From: an uncultured delta proteobacterium
Lineage (GTDB): Bacteria > Desulfobacterota > RBG-13-43-22
Assembly: GCA_963790475.1 (NCBI GenBank)
Contig: CAWBOS010000013.1
Location: 64,001-128,000 of the forward strand
DNA length: 64,000 bases
Direction: 5' to 3'
Each line of letters starts with the position of its first letter. Positions within the stretch are counted from its first letter, which is position 1. This document shows positions 1 through 12,310 of the stretch, piece by piece. Under the pieces are notes generated by a model. The model was not told the origin of the DNA, made no database searches, and saw nothing but the letters and a program-made list of their open reading frames with translations. Both the position numbers and the translations under genes were made by a program.

Positions 1-717
1 GTGCGGCGCTGCATAGGGTGAAGTGTTGCCGACATTTTCCGGCAGCCTTCCATTAGCGGTGTAATCCAGGATGCCCGGCTCAACGAACTGTAAGCCGGCT
101 TCCAATTGGGAGATATCGATAAATTGGCCTTCACCGGTCTTGTTCCGATATCTCAGCGCAGCCATGATAGCGCAGAGGCAGAAATAGGGAGCAATAAAAT
201 CATTGACCGGACCAAAGGGTTGAACGCAATCCCTGCCCGGCCACCCGCTGAATACGTTAAAGCCCGTGATGGCCACCAGAGTGTTGCCCGACATGGGAGT
301 CGCCCCCATCGGCCCGGTTTCCCCGAAGCCCGACGTGCTGCACATGATTAGGTCCGGATTAGTCTGTCTTAATGTCTCGTAGTCCAATCCCAATCGCTTC
401 ATGACGCCGGGTACGTAGTTGACAACGACGATGTCCGCCCAGTCCGAAAGCTTTTTGGCCACCCTCAATCCTAAAGGGCTTTTGAGATTTAAGGCCATAC
501 TGAGTTTGTTAGGGTTAAAATAGGCAAAATAGGCAGAATGGTCGACACTTTGACCGTTTTTAAAAGGAGCCGATGTTCTCAGAAAACACGGATGCTCAAT
601 GGTTTCTATTCTTATTACCTTTGCTCCGTAGTCGGCCAGGCACTTGGTCACCAGAGGGCCGGCTATAGCCCAGGTAAAATCAAGAACTTTTAGTCCTTCT
701 AATGCTTGCTTTGGCAT
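1..717 (-). CDS. CaiB/BaiF family (class III) CoA-transferase, 3' end runs off the window
   Basis: Manual translation from ATG at 717: MPKQALEGLKVLDFTWAIAGPLVTKCLADYGAKVIRIE...FAYFNPNKLS...GEGQFIDISQLE; frame open to position 1; absent from the ORF track. Confidence 0.9.
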   Translation of the reverse strand, partial: MPKQALEGLKVLDFTWAIAGPLVTKCLADYGAKVIRIETIEHPCFLRTSAPFKNGQSVDHSAYFAYFNPNKLSMALNLKSPLGLRVAKKLSDWADIVVVNYVPGVMKRLGLDYETLRQTNPDLIMCSTSGFGETGPMGATPMSGNTLVAITGFNVFSGWPGRDCVQPFGPVNDFIAPYFCLCAIMAALRYRNKTGEGQFIDISQLEAGLQFVEPGILDYTANGRLPENVGNTSPYAAPH

Positions 718-729
718 ATCATTTTCCGT

Positions 730-1974
730 TTAAATTATTTCACTTTGTTTTAACCGGTTGATTTCCTTTAACGATAAGCCCAGTTCACCGTGGAAAACTT
801 CCCGATTGTGCTCACCAATGAGAGGCGCCCTTCGGAATTTTAGCGGAGGCCTGGCGGCAAACCTCATACCACTGGCCGGATACTTGATTACGCAACCCAG
901 CTCCGGGTGCTCGACATCTATCCAGGCATTTCTGGCCGACAGCTGCGGAAATTCAATCAACTCCGCAGGAGTAAATACCGGGCATATACCTATACGTCTT
1001 TTTATGCCTTCAATGAACAAGTCCTCCTTGGTATATTTCTCAAAAAGCCGGCCAATGGGTTCTTCGAGTTGGTCCCACTCGTCCTGGGTAAATTTGATTA
1101 CATCAAAGTTGTCCCAATCCATGTGGTCAATCTGTTCCGTAGACAAACCTTCCTCTCTTAGCCACTGCCCCATCTGTTTATTCGATGCCGCCCCCGGCAT
1201 GCCCCCGAATATCACGAAGTTGATCTGTCCATTTTTGCACCTCCACGTTTGACGCGCCCTTGTGCCGAACCCGAGACCAACCCTGTACGGGCCGGACCGT
1301 TCCAGTACGATTCCAGAAGTTGACCACTGCGCGTTCGCATTTACCGTATTCCTGACCATGCTCTGCTGGGCTGATACGTCGACGTATTGTCCGTCACCTG
1401 TAGTCTCTTTGTGATATAGAGCAATTAAAACAGCGACGGCTGCCTCGCCGCCAGCATGTAATGGAGATTGTGGCAAACTGACCCGTACTGGCGGAAGGTC
1501 AGGATCACCACAAAGATAAAGGTACCCGCTCATCGCCTGGGCAATAAGGTCCGAGCCGGCGAATTGACTGTATGGGCCGCTCTGACCGAAGGGAGTGATG
1601 GACACCATGATGATGCTTTGGTTTACCTCCCTCAGCCTGGTATAATCCAACCCCAATTCTCTCATGGTCCCCACGGGATAGGATTCGATCACTAAGTCAG
1701 ACTTCTTGACCAGCTGTTTGAACAGCTCCTGCCCATCTCGTCTTCGGATATCGAGCGTTATGCCTTTCTTATTAAAGTTGTAGGCGAACCAGGTTAGGCT
1801 TTTCTCGGGATCGGGTTCGTCGTGATAAAAGGGTCCGATGTTCCGGGAGGCGTCGCCCCCCGGCCTTTCCACTTTGATGACATCGGCGCCCAACTCGGCC
1901 AGGAGCCTGCCGCAGAGAAAACCATTCTCGTCGGCCAGATCCAGGACGCGAATGTCCTCAAGCAATGCATTCAA
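730..1974 (-). CDS. CaiB/BaiF family (class III) CoA-transferase
   Basis: Motifs RVLDLA, LAELGADVIKVERPGGD, NFNKKGITLD, GDGQYVDVS, APLIGEHN. Confidence 0.92.
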   Translation of the reverse strand: MNALLEDIRVLDLADENGFLCGRLLAELGADVIKVERPGGDASRNIGPFYHDEPDPEKSLTWFAYNFNKKGITLDIRRRDGQELFKQLVKKSDLVIESYPVGTMRELGLDYTRLREVNQSIIMVSITPFGQSGPYSQFAGSDLIAQAMSGYLYLCGDPDLPPVRVSLPQSPLHAGGEAAVAVLIALYHKETTGDGQYVDVSAQQSMVRNTVNANAQWSTSGIVLERSGPYRVGLGFGTRARQTWRCKNGQINFVIFGGMPGAASNKQMGQWLREEGLSTEQIDHMDWDNFDVIKFTQDEWDQLEEPIGRLFEKYTKEDLFIEGIKRRIGICPVFTPAELIEFPQLSARNAWIDVEHPELGCVIKYPASGMRFAARPPLKFRRAPLIGEHNREVFHGELGLSLKEINRLKQSEII

Positions 1975-2128
1975 TGGATTTCTCCTTCCCCCAAACTGCC
2001 GTCATGGAACCGGTTTGTGCCTCCTTTGTTTTCTCCGATCATCCTTATTTTAAAAAAATTTCATTCCATGGTGCGAGCAAACTCGAAGGCCTCAAGCGGT
2101 TCTTTGGCGAAAGAAAAAGGAAATTAGG

Positions 2129-2836
2129 TTACTCCAGGGTTTTCTTTACTTTGATCTTCAAAGATGTTTGATTGAGGGCAAACTGGTTAAAGCCCCTGGA
2201 GATATTGGCGATAACCCTACGTTTGACCGCCTCGGCATTACCGGACCGGATGGCCTCTATGATCCTTCGATGATCGTTATGATATTTACCGGCATTTTTG
2301 TCCCTAATCCAAGATGTATTCAGGCTACGAAAAATCAGGGTTTGATCGAACAATTGATTGATGATCCGGCAGGCAGGCTTCCAGCCTGAAACCCCGTAGA
2401 TGGTCAGGTGAAACTCCCTGTTTAGCAGGACTATATTGAAAAGGGAGTCTATTTCCATCTCCATCTGGGCTAATAACCCTTCCAACCGTTCAATCGTTTC
2501 AGGAGTTATTTTTGGGGTTGCCTGATAGGCGGCCTCTCCCTCAAGGGCATAACGAGCCTGGTATAAAGCTGTTATCTCCACGGAGTCCGGCGGATCGGCC
2601 ACGATAACCCCTTTGTTTGGTAAAGAAACCACCAGGCCCGAGCCAGCCAGTTCTCGTAAAGCCTCTCGAATAGCCACCCGTCCCAAACCCAATTCCGCTT
2701 CCAGTTTTTCCGGGATTAACCGGATGCCGGATTTATACTGGCCTGTGAGGACTCTCTCCCTTATCAACCGGGTAGCCATGTCGGTCATGGTCTGATACAG
2801 GGGAAACGCTATTGGGACTTTTGCAGAAATGGTCAC
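2129..2836 (-). CDS. GntR family transcriptional regulator (FCD domain)
   Basis: N-terminal wHTH (LEAELGLGRVAIREALRELAGSGLV); FCD motifs NREFH and DHRRIIEAI. Confidence 0.88.
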   Translation of the reverse strand: MTISAKVPIAFPLYQTMTDMATRLIRERVLTGQYKSGIRLIPEKLEAELGLGRVAIREALRELAGSGLVVSLPNKGVIVADPPDSVEITALYQARYALEGEAAYQATPKITPETIERLEGLLAQMEMEIDSLFNIVLLNREFHLTIYGVSGWKPACRIINQLFDQTLIFRSLNTSWIRDKNAGKYHNDHRRIIEAIRSGNAEAVKRRVIANISRGFNQFALNQTSLKIKVKKTLE

Positions 2837-2857
2837 CGGCTTAATCCTTTATTTTAG

Positions 2858-2891
2858 ATTTTATATAATATAAAATATAAAATTATGTCAA
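2858..2891 (-). promoter_or_regulatory. sigma70-like promoter of gntR overlapping an AT-rich palindrome (candidate autoregulatory operator)
   Basis: TTGACA on minus strand at 2886-2891 with AT-rich -10 region 16-17 bp downstream; palindrome ATTTTATAT-A-ATATAAAAT at 2858-2876. Confidence 0.55.
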
Positions 2892-3065
2892 GGATTCTTT
2901 TTAAAAATGATGACAATTAAAAATCTAAGTTTTCTTATATATCAAATATTTATATTGCACTGAAACATAATTTGTGGCATTTCTAATAATAAAAACCCAA
3001 GAAAAACGAAGTTCGTATATTGATTGTTAGCTGGATGGGCAGCGAAACATTATTATTCATAGTAG

Positions 3066-5300
<2,235 letters not shown>

Positions 5301-5471
5301 TCGTAGCATAAACGTCTTCGAGGGCTTCTGACAGGGCGGCGAAAAAATGGCCAGCTAACCCCTTCCTTCACATACACGAATGAAACCCGACGCCGGCTCA
5401 CTTGCAGCCGGTTCCGGGACACTCCGCATTAGAATTATTATGATCTTCAGGCGAACAATTTATGCCAAGGA

Positions 5472-6124
5472 TTAGTCCCCAACCGTTACCGTCAATCCAA
5501 AGTTTTCGATAATTTTTTGAGCTTCTTGAACAGCCTCTTTACTGGAAAGTGTCATCCTCTCTAAGACATATTTCTTACCGATTTGCTGAGTTTTCCCCTC
5601 ACCAAATTATGGAAAGGCAGAATAGAGACCTTTTCCGCGTTTATTTCTTTCCCTAACCTTCCTATACCCTGCAAATTTTTGAGAATCAGCACATTGCTTT
5701 TGCCTGTGGCCATCTTATGAGGTTCTGAATCGAGGTGCTTTACATCGTATAGAACAAGCTTTACCTACCTTAGCACTTTTTCAAAAACTGGCCAGGGGGC
5801 GAATCCACAGGTATCCAGGGCCGTGTGGAAACCTCTTTCCTGACAGGTTTTTAATATTTCATAGGTAAATGAAGCCTGCAATAAAGGCTCGCCGCCGGAG
5901 ATGGTGATCCCTCCTCCAGACCGATAATAGAATACCTCGTCCGTTGCGGCCTCTGCCAACACTTCTCCGACCGCCATGTAATCTCCCACCCTGGTCAATG
6001 CTTTAACTGGACAAGCCCCAACGCAAGAAAAGCAACGGGTGCATTTTTTTCTGTCAATCTTTCTTCCTATCAATGAATCAATCATAATTGCCTCTTCAGG
6101 ACAGGCTTCAGCACACTTAAACAA
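5472..6124 (-). pseudogene. Glycyl-radical enzyme activating protein (radical SAM) remnant
   Basis: Ferredoxin CxxCxxCxxxCP, GGGITISGGEPLLQ, HTALDTCG; in-frame TAG at 5765-5767, then VKLVLYDVKHLDSEPHKMATGKSNVLILKNL; N-terminal CxxxCxxC and a central segment are missing. Confidence 0.8.
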
Positions 6125-6308
6125 ATCTGTTCAGCAATGCCGTTTTTGTAGATTTTGTTTTCCAAAGACTTATTCATATAATTACCTCTATTCCCCTCAT
6201 CCAACCCTTTCTATAGGGATCGGTAAAAATCCCCCGCAATCTCATCGTTTGTAATAAAAACCCCCTGGATGAAATGTGCAAAAAAAAGAGGAGGCAAAAA
6301 ATCTGAGC

Positions 6309-7553
6309 CTATCTACCCTTTTTTTGCTTATCCTCATACATCAATTTGTCTGCCTGTGCAAGCAGGGTATCGATGGAACATGGATTTTGGGGATAATAAC
6401 AGGCAATGCCAAAGGTCATAGAGAGTTTATGGGAGCGCTTTGTCTGGAGATGATGGTTATTTAAAACCTGCTCGAAGCGGTTAATCAGTTTCTCTGCGGA
6501 GGTCTCAGAGCTTTTCATGGCCAGAATGGCAAATTCATCCCCCCCATTGCGGGCGATGATATCCGACTCCCGAAAGGATTCCCTAAGTATCTGTGAAACA
6601 TCCACCAAGGCTTGGTCCCCTTCTTTATGGCCGAAGGTATCATTAATTCCTTTCAAATTATCCAAGTCTCCAAAAATGAGCAACATTTCTGTTCCCATCC
6701 TTTGAGCCGATTTCAAGCCCTGTTCAGCCAGAGCAAAAAAACCCCGGCGGTTATAGAGGCCGGTTAGGTCATCTTTAAGGGACAAGGTCTTGAGGGCTTC
6801 CTCGGCCCGCTTGCGTTCGGTGATCTCCACCCGCAGCTCCCGATTGGCTTCGGTCAATGCCGAGGCTCCTTCCTGGACTTTGGCCAGTGCATCCTGAAGC
6901 TCCAGGTTTGATGTTTCCATCTGGCCACGGACCTGGGAATGAACCTTTTCCATCGCAAAAGAGAAGAAAAACATGATGATATAGACCGCCAGGTAACGAA
7001 CGATAAGATCCGTCGAGTAAACCGCCAGCCAGGAGACCTCTTTCCCGAGGATAAAAATCGCGATTGCCAACCCCAGAAGCAACAAGGACATCAGACCCCC
7101 TCGCCTAAGGCCCAGCAAAAAGAGGGCAAACAAGGGATAGATCAAAGACCAGATTAAGACGGTCTGGCCAATGCCGCCGTCGGCGATTTGGTAGGTAAAC
7201 AAAAGGGCGGCCGCCGTTGTTCCGAGCGCTCCGGTCCTCTTATAGTTGCCGGTCTTCCGCAGGTCAACGAACAAGGCGATCAAAAATGCCACGGCCGTCG
7301 AGTCGATTGTCACCAGCAGAATATCCCCTTTCGCATAGCCGACAAAAATAAAGATGATGAGGCAAGGGGCTGCCAACAGAAACATGAGGTTCTGCAGGAC
7401 CACCTTCCGAAGCACCTCGATATCTCCGCTGCTCGGCAGTCCACTGGAGATCACCTTCCAAAGCATTTGTCTGACTTTGTCCATCCGGTCCCTTCGACCT
7501 TGGGTTACAGGTTTGAGGTTTTCCCGGCCACAGTCCATAAGGAAGCCGACCAT
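6309..7553 (-). CDS. Membrane-bound diguanylate cyclase (GGDEF)
   Basis: About 6 hydrophobic segments, coiled coil, DDLTGLYNRR, GGDEF with RESD I-site; true start may be MDKVRQ near 7484. Confidence 0.9.
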   Translation of the reverse strand: MVGFLMDCGRENLKPVTQGRRDRMDKVRQMLWKVISSGLPSSGDIEVLRKVVLQNLMFLLAAPCLIIFIFVGYAKGDILLVTIDSTAVAFLIALFVDLRKTGNYKRTGALGTTAAALLFTYQIADGGIGQTVLIWSLIYPLFALFLLGLRRGGLMSLLLLGLAIAIFILGKEVSWLAVYSTDLIVRYLAVYIIMFFFSFAMEKVHSQVRGQMETSNLELQDALAKVQEGASALTEANRELRVEITERKRAEEALKTLSLKDDLTGLYNRRGFFALAEQGLKSAQRMGTEMLLIFGDLDNLKGINDTFGHKEGDQALVDVSQILRESFRESDIIARNGGDEFAILAMKSSETSAEKLINRFEQVLNNHHLQTKRSHKLSMTFGIACYYPQNPCSIDTLLAQADKLMYEDKQKKGR

Positions 7554-7754
7554 TTGAGATCAGCGGCCTTCCGGCGCCGTTTATTAGTGCGGTCGTCCTC
7601 CTTTTTCATGGTACTCCTCAAATATTTCCTGGTGACGCCTCTGAATCCTATCGCCAGATCTATCGGAAAATTGCTTTTATTCAGGATTGGGGAAAAAGTG
7701 TAAAAAATGAATCCTAAACGAAGGAGAGCATAGAAAGGTGCCTTCTTTTATTTT

Positions 7755-10193
7755 TTACTCCCAACTGAACCTCTTCTCCTTAAAAAGCCTCAAGCAGGCC
7801 TCCACCACCTCCGGATCATAAAGGTTCCCTTTGTTCTGCGAGATTTCTTCCAGGGCTTTATCAATCCCCAGGGCCGGGCGGTAAGGTCGATAGGAGGCCA
7901 TAGCCTCGACCACATCGGCCACCATAAGGATCCGGGCTTCCAGGCAGATTTCTTTTCCTTTGAGTCCCTGGGGGTACCCGGAACCGTTCATCCGTTCATG
8001 ATGCTGGTAAATAATTTCCGCCAGGGGCCAGGGGGATTCTACCTTCTTGAGGATCTCGTACCCCTTCCGGGCGTGTTCTTTAATCAGGGAAAATTCTATT
8101 TCAGAAAGTTTTTTCGGCTTGGACAATATCTCGGCCGGTATGGATAGTTTTCCAATGTCATGGATGGAACCGGCCATGCGGAGGCCATCGATTTTATCCT
8201 GGGAAAGTCCCATCTCGGTGGCCATGGCCCGGGCCAGGTCCGCGGTCCGGGTCTGGTGGCCGGCGGTGTAGGGATCTCTTGTTTCCACGACGGACACCAT
8301 GACCTGGATGATCGTGCTAAACGCCTTCCTGAGACTCTCCAGGGTATGTTGAAGTTGTTCCTCGGCCCGCTTACGCTCGGTGATGTCCCTGGCGACCGCC
8401 TGGATCCCTACAGGTATTCCGTTGGACATGACGGTGGATCCCTGTGTTTCCACGTACACCTCGCTGCCATTTTTATGCCGCAACCTGAATTCCATCAAGC
8501 CCTTTTGAATACCGGATTCCCGAACCTCCTTTACTGTTTCTAATGCAAACGACAACTGATCCTCGCTCAAAAGCGAGGCAAAATTGAGGGAACGGAGCTC
8601 TTCCCTCGTATAACCAAGACGGTTCAAGGCGGCGGCGTTGGCATCGATGAAGCGACCTTCGAAATCAGTGATGTAAACTAAGTCGAGCGAACCATCGAAA
8701 AGAGCCTTGTACCGCTCATCGCTTTCCTGCAACGACTTTTCCGCCTGCTTACGCTCAGTAATATCAACGATAACTCCTCTGAGCCCCACAGGTGTGTCAT
8801 TCCTGTAAACCACACTCGAGATGACTATGGCCGGAAAGACAGACCCATCCAACCTCATCAAAGTATATTCAGCACCTTTTAATTGCTCCCCCCTTATGAG
8901 CCTTTGAATGTTCTTGCCGGATCTTTCAATCTCTCCAGGTGAAAGAAACCGCCAGGCTTTAGAACCCTTCTTAAAATCCTCTTCCGTACCCCCAAAAGTT
9001 TCATAAACAGCGCGGTTAACAGAAGTAATATTGGCTTCAAAATCCATCTCATAGACCGGGGTTGGCAAAAAATCATACAGGTCACGATACTTTTTCTCGC
9101 TCTCCCTCAGTTCTTCCTCCGCCCGCTTGCGTTCGGTGATATCGCGTGAGATTCCCCGGAACCCGATAATCCGACCCTCCTTGTTCCGCCGGCAGGATGT
9201 GGAGTCTTCTGCAAATATGGATGTTCCATCTTTACGAATATTGGTGACTGGATACCACTTTATTATCTCCCCTGTCCGGTAGGCCCGGTTAAAGGCCTTA
9301 TAGACCCCTTCCACCTCCTCCCGGGGTATATAGGCCCGATAGTTCATCCCAATCAACTCTTCTCGGGAATACTGAAGTTGCCGGATCATGGAATCGTTGA
9401 CAAAGGTGAAATTGCCGGACAGGTCCACCTCGTAGTAGCCTTCATCTATTTCTTCGATGACAGTCCGATATCTCTCCTCCGATTGCCGAATAACCTCTTC
9501 CATCCCTTTGCGCTCGGTGACATCGGTTACCGTAGTATGGACCTCCGGTGCTTCCCGGCTTACCTCTATCCGGATACTTTCCAAACCGGCTTGAAAGGTA
9601 GAACCATCCTGCCGCTTGAGCACAAGGTCGCAAGTCTGCTTCTCTCCCTGCCTTAACACCCTCAAGAAATGCTGATCCCATTGGTCAAAATCTGAGGGGG
9701 CGACAAACCGCCTGAACCTGCTATTAATCAGTCTTTGACGGTCCATCTCCAGGAGCGTTGCGCCGGTGAGGTTTACTTCTTTGATCAGGGCTTCCGAGGT
9801 AAAGGTAAAGTACCCCACCGGGGCAAAATCATAGAGGTCTGCGAACCTTTTCTTGGATTCTTCCAGGGCGATCTGGGCCTTTCGGAGTTCCTCGTTCTGC
9901 ACCTCCAGTTCGATCTGGTGCGCCTGTAGTTGGTGGAGAAGCCCCTCAGGGGTCCTTTCTTTCATCTCCCATGATGTGCCGGAAGATCCCCGGAGTTTAT
10001 TCTCTGCGGCATCCCTCAGCAGTCTTTCGCAAATCCCTTTTTCTTCCGGCTTTCTTTGTTTTCTCACCGTCTTTTCCACTGCAATCTGCATTATCCCTTC
10101 AGCTTTCGACATGCCTTGCTCCCCTTCAACTTCCCAGTCTTTTCTTTCCTTCCGCAATCTGAGTTTTTCCCCTTCACATTCCGCAATCCACAA
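7755..10193 (-). CDS. Multi-PAS HD-GYP phosphodiesterase with N-terminal QIELE coiled-coil module
   Basis: 4 PAS repeats ending DITERK-like; HDIGK and HHERMNGSGYP; the annotated N-terminus lies in heptamer repeats, so the true start is probably ~10112 or ~10091. Confidence 0.9.
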   Translation of the reverse strand: MWIAECEGEKLRLRKERKDWEVEGEQGMSKAEGIMQIAVEKTVRKQRKPEEKGICERLLRDAAENKLRGSSGTSWEMKERTPEGLLHQLQAHQIELEVQNEELRKAQIALEESKKRFADLYDFAPVGYFTFTSEALIKEVNLTGATLLEMDRQRLINSRFRRFVAPSDFDQWDQHFLRVLRQGEKQTCDLVLKRQDGSTFQAGLESIRIEVSREAPEVHTTVTDVTERKGMEEVIRQSEERYRTVIEEIDEGYYEVDLSGNFTFVNDSMIRQLQYSREELIGMNYRAYIPREEVEGVYKAFNRAYRTGEIIKWYPVTNIRKDGTSIFAEDSTSCRRNKEGRIIGFRGISRDITERKRAEEELRESEKKYRDLYDFLPTPVYEMDFEANITSVNRAVYETFGGTEEDFKKGSKAWRFLSPGEIERSGKNIQRLIRGEQLKGAEYTLMRLDGSVFPAIVISSVVYRNDTPVGLRGVIVDITERKQAEKSLQESDERYKALFDGSLDLVYITDFEGRFIDANAAALNRLGYTREELRSLNFASLLSEDQLSFALETVKEVRESGIQKGLMEFRLRHKNGSEVYVETQGSTVMSNGIPVGIQAVARDITERKRAEEQLQHTLESLRKAFSTIIQVMVSVVETRDPYTAGHQTRTADLARAMATEMGLSQDKIDGLRMAGSIHDIGKLSIPAEILSKPKKLSEIEFSLIKEHARKGYEILKKVESPWPLAEIIYQHHERMNGSGYPQGLKGKEICLEARILMVADVVEAMASYRPYRPALGIDKALEEISQNKGNLYDPEVVEACLRLFKEKRFSWE

Positions 10194-10231
10194 TCCGCAA
10201 TCGGCAATTTCTCAAACCCAAACCCCATTTC

Positions 10232-12310
10232 TTAGGCCTGTTGATAAAGCCTATATTGGTTCCGTCCCGCCTGCTTGGCCTGATACATGGCCATATCGGC
10301 ATTTTTTAGGAGCGCAACTTCATCTGTTCCATCCTCGGGATAGACGGTGATGCCGATACTCATGGTCACAACCAGTTGATGAGTGTCGATGAGGAAAGAC
10401 TTACAAAAACCGTCAACAATCTTCCGGGCAACCCCGATCGCATCTTCTATTCTCATCAGATCAGGAAAGATCAGCACAAACTCGTCTCCTCCCAGGCGGG
10501 CAACGGTATCACCCTTTCTCAGCGCCGTGCTTAGCCGCTCTGCCGTTTCCTTCAGAAAGAAATCCCCTATCTCATGGCCGAGGGTGTCATTCACCCCCTT
10601 GAAATGGTCGAGGTCGAGCATCATGACTCCTACCTTTTTTTGATTCCTCCGGGCCTGGACCAGGGCAATACCCAAGCGATCGGAGAAGAGCTTCCGGTTG
10701 GGAAGGCCCGTCAGAGAATCATGATAGGCCATCTGCCGGATCTTTTCCTCTGCCTGCCTGCGCTCGGTGATGTCGCGCGAGATACCCCTGAATCCGATGG
10801 GTTTGTCTTCTGCATCCTTGGTAAGAGATACCGATATTTCATTGTAAGCTTTAGCCCCATCTTTTTTGAAAAGTTCCACGGCATAGGCTTTAATAGGTAT
10901 TCCGGTTTTATAGACTTCCATAAAGAGATTATTCAATTTTTTACGGTTTTCTTCATCTACATACTCTCGGCTACTCATGCCGATCAATTCGCCTCTCGTA
11001 TATCCGAGATTTCTGCATTCCGCATTATTAACGAAGGTAAAATTTCCTGAAAGGTCGGTTTCAAAATAGCCATCCTCCATTTGCTCTATGATGATCCGGT
11101 ATCTCTCCTCGCTCCAGTAAAGGGCCTCTTCGGCCTGCTTGCGTTCAGTGATGTCCTTAAAGACGACCACCGCGCCTATGACCCTGCTGTCTCTGATGAT
11201 CGGCGTGCTGAAATACTCCACGGGGAAACTGCTGCCGTCCTTGCGGCATAGCACCTCCTCCGCCACCCGGTTTTCGGTGGCCTTGGTGTAGGAAGCATAC
11301 ATGGGGCAGTCTTCCACCGGGTAATGGGAGCCGTCCTTATGGGAATGGTGGATAAGGGTATGCACGCTTTGACCTAATATCTCCTCTTCGGCAAACCCGA
11401 GCAGGCGAAGGGCGGCGGGGTTGACGAAGGTCGTCTGTCCTATGGTATTAACCCCGAAAATGCCGTCTCCGACTGCCTGAAGTAACAGGCGTTTGCTCTC
11501 TTCACTTTGCCGAATGGCCTCTTCCGCCCGCTTGTGCTCCGAAATCTCGTTCCCGAGTTCTTCATTCGCCTTTAGTAGATTTGCCGTGCGTTCTTTAACC
11601 CGAACCTCCAACTCATCGCGGGCCTCTCGCAACACATTCTCCGATTCCAGACGCTCCGCCGTCCAATGGCGGACAGAACGTACGGCATAAAACCAGGTCG
11701 CAAGTAATACTAGAACACCGGCGGTACTTGGGGCCGCCGATACGAGAGACAGCCAGTGAAGGCGCTGGATATCTCTCTCCAGAAGGTTATTTTTAGCACT
11801 GATGGTTTTTTGCATGCCACCGGCGTAGACTTTCTTAAATCGTGCATATTCATCGCCGGTCAGCAGAGTCATCGCCTCCTGCCGTCTGCCCTGATGCGTC
11901 AAATCGAAAGCTTGCCGTTCCATTTTCACCAAAGCGAGATTCGCTTCATCCGTCTCCTTCACAAACCTTTCTATTTCCTGTTGCGGGAGCATGCCTCTCA
12001 GATCATTAAGCGCCGCAGTCAGTTGCGGATCGAATTGGTCGTATCTTTTCTCATAGCTAATATCACCTGTTGCTGCAAATAGACGCGCCAACATGGTCAG
12101 CGACTCATCCAGCAGCATGATGCGGCCAACACCCTCGCTAAGGGCGATATGCTTCCTCGACCTCTCTTCAATGCGATTGTGCTCCTGCCACAACAACCCT
12201 CCGGTGAAAGCAGTGATCAATAGGCTGATCACAAATGCGGCTGCAAACAGCCGTAGCGGAAAATCCTGCTTGCCGGGGTGACTTTGGTAAAACGGCATTA
12301 TGCCTTTCAT
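10232..12310 (-). CDS. Membrane sensor diguanylate cyclase (2 TM, PAS-PAS-GGDEF)
   Basis: Two TM helices around an extracytoplasmic helical domain, two PAS, AYHDSLTGLPNR, RLGGDEF. Confidence 0.9.
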   Translation of the reverse strand: MKGIMPFYQSHPGKQDFPLRLFAAAFVISLLITAFTGGLLWQEHNRIEERSRKHIALSEGVGRIMLLDESLTMLARLFAATGDISYEKRYDQFDPQLTAALNDLRGMLPQQEIERFVKETDEANLALVKMERQAFDLTHQGRRQEAMTLLTGDEYARFKKVYAGGMQKTISAKNNLLERDIQRLHWLSLVSAAPSTAGVLVLLATWFYAVRSVRHWTAERLESENVLREARDELEVRVKERTANLLKANEELGNEISEHKRAEEAIRQSEESKRLLLQAVGDGIFGVNTIGQTTFVNPAALRLLGFAEEEILGQSVHTLIHHSHKDGSHYPVEDCPMYASYTKATENRVAEEVLCRKDGSSFPVEYFSTPIIRDSRVIGAVVVFKDITERKQAEEALYWSEERYRIIIEQMEDGYFETDLSGNFTFVNNAECRNLGYTRGELIGMSSREYVDEENRKKLNNLFMEVYKTGIPIKAYAVELFKKDGAKAYNEISVSLTKDAEDKPIGFRGISRDITERRQAEEKIRQMAYHDSLTGLPNRKLFSDRLGIALVQARRNQKKVGVMMLDLDHFKGVNDTLGHEIGDFFLKETAERLSTALRKGDTVARLGGDEFVLIFPDLMRIEDAIGVARKIVDGFCKSFLIDTHQLVVTMSIGITVYPEDGTDEVALLKNADMAMYQAKQAGRNQYRLYQQA

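Noticed and set aside
5451-5468. sigma54 promoter TGGCATAAATTGTTCGC on the minus strand
   Set aside because: GG-to-GC spacing is longer than the required 10 bp
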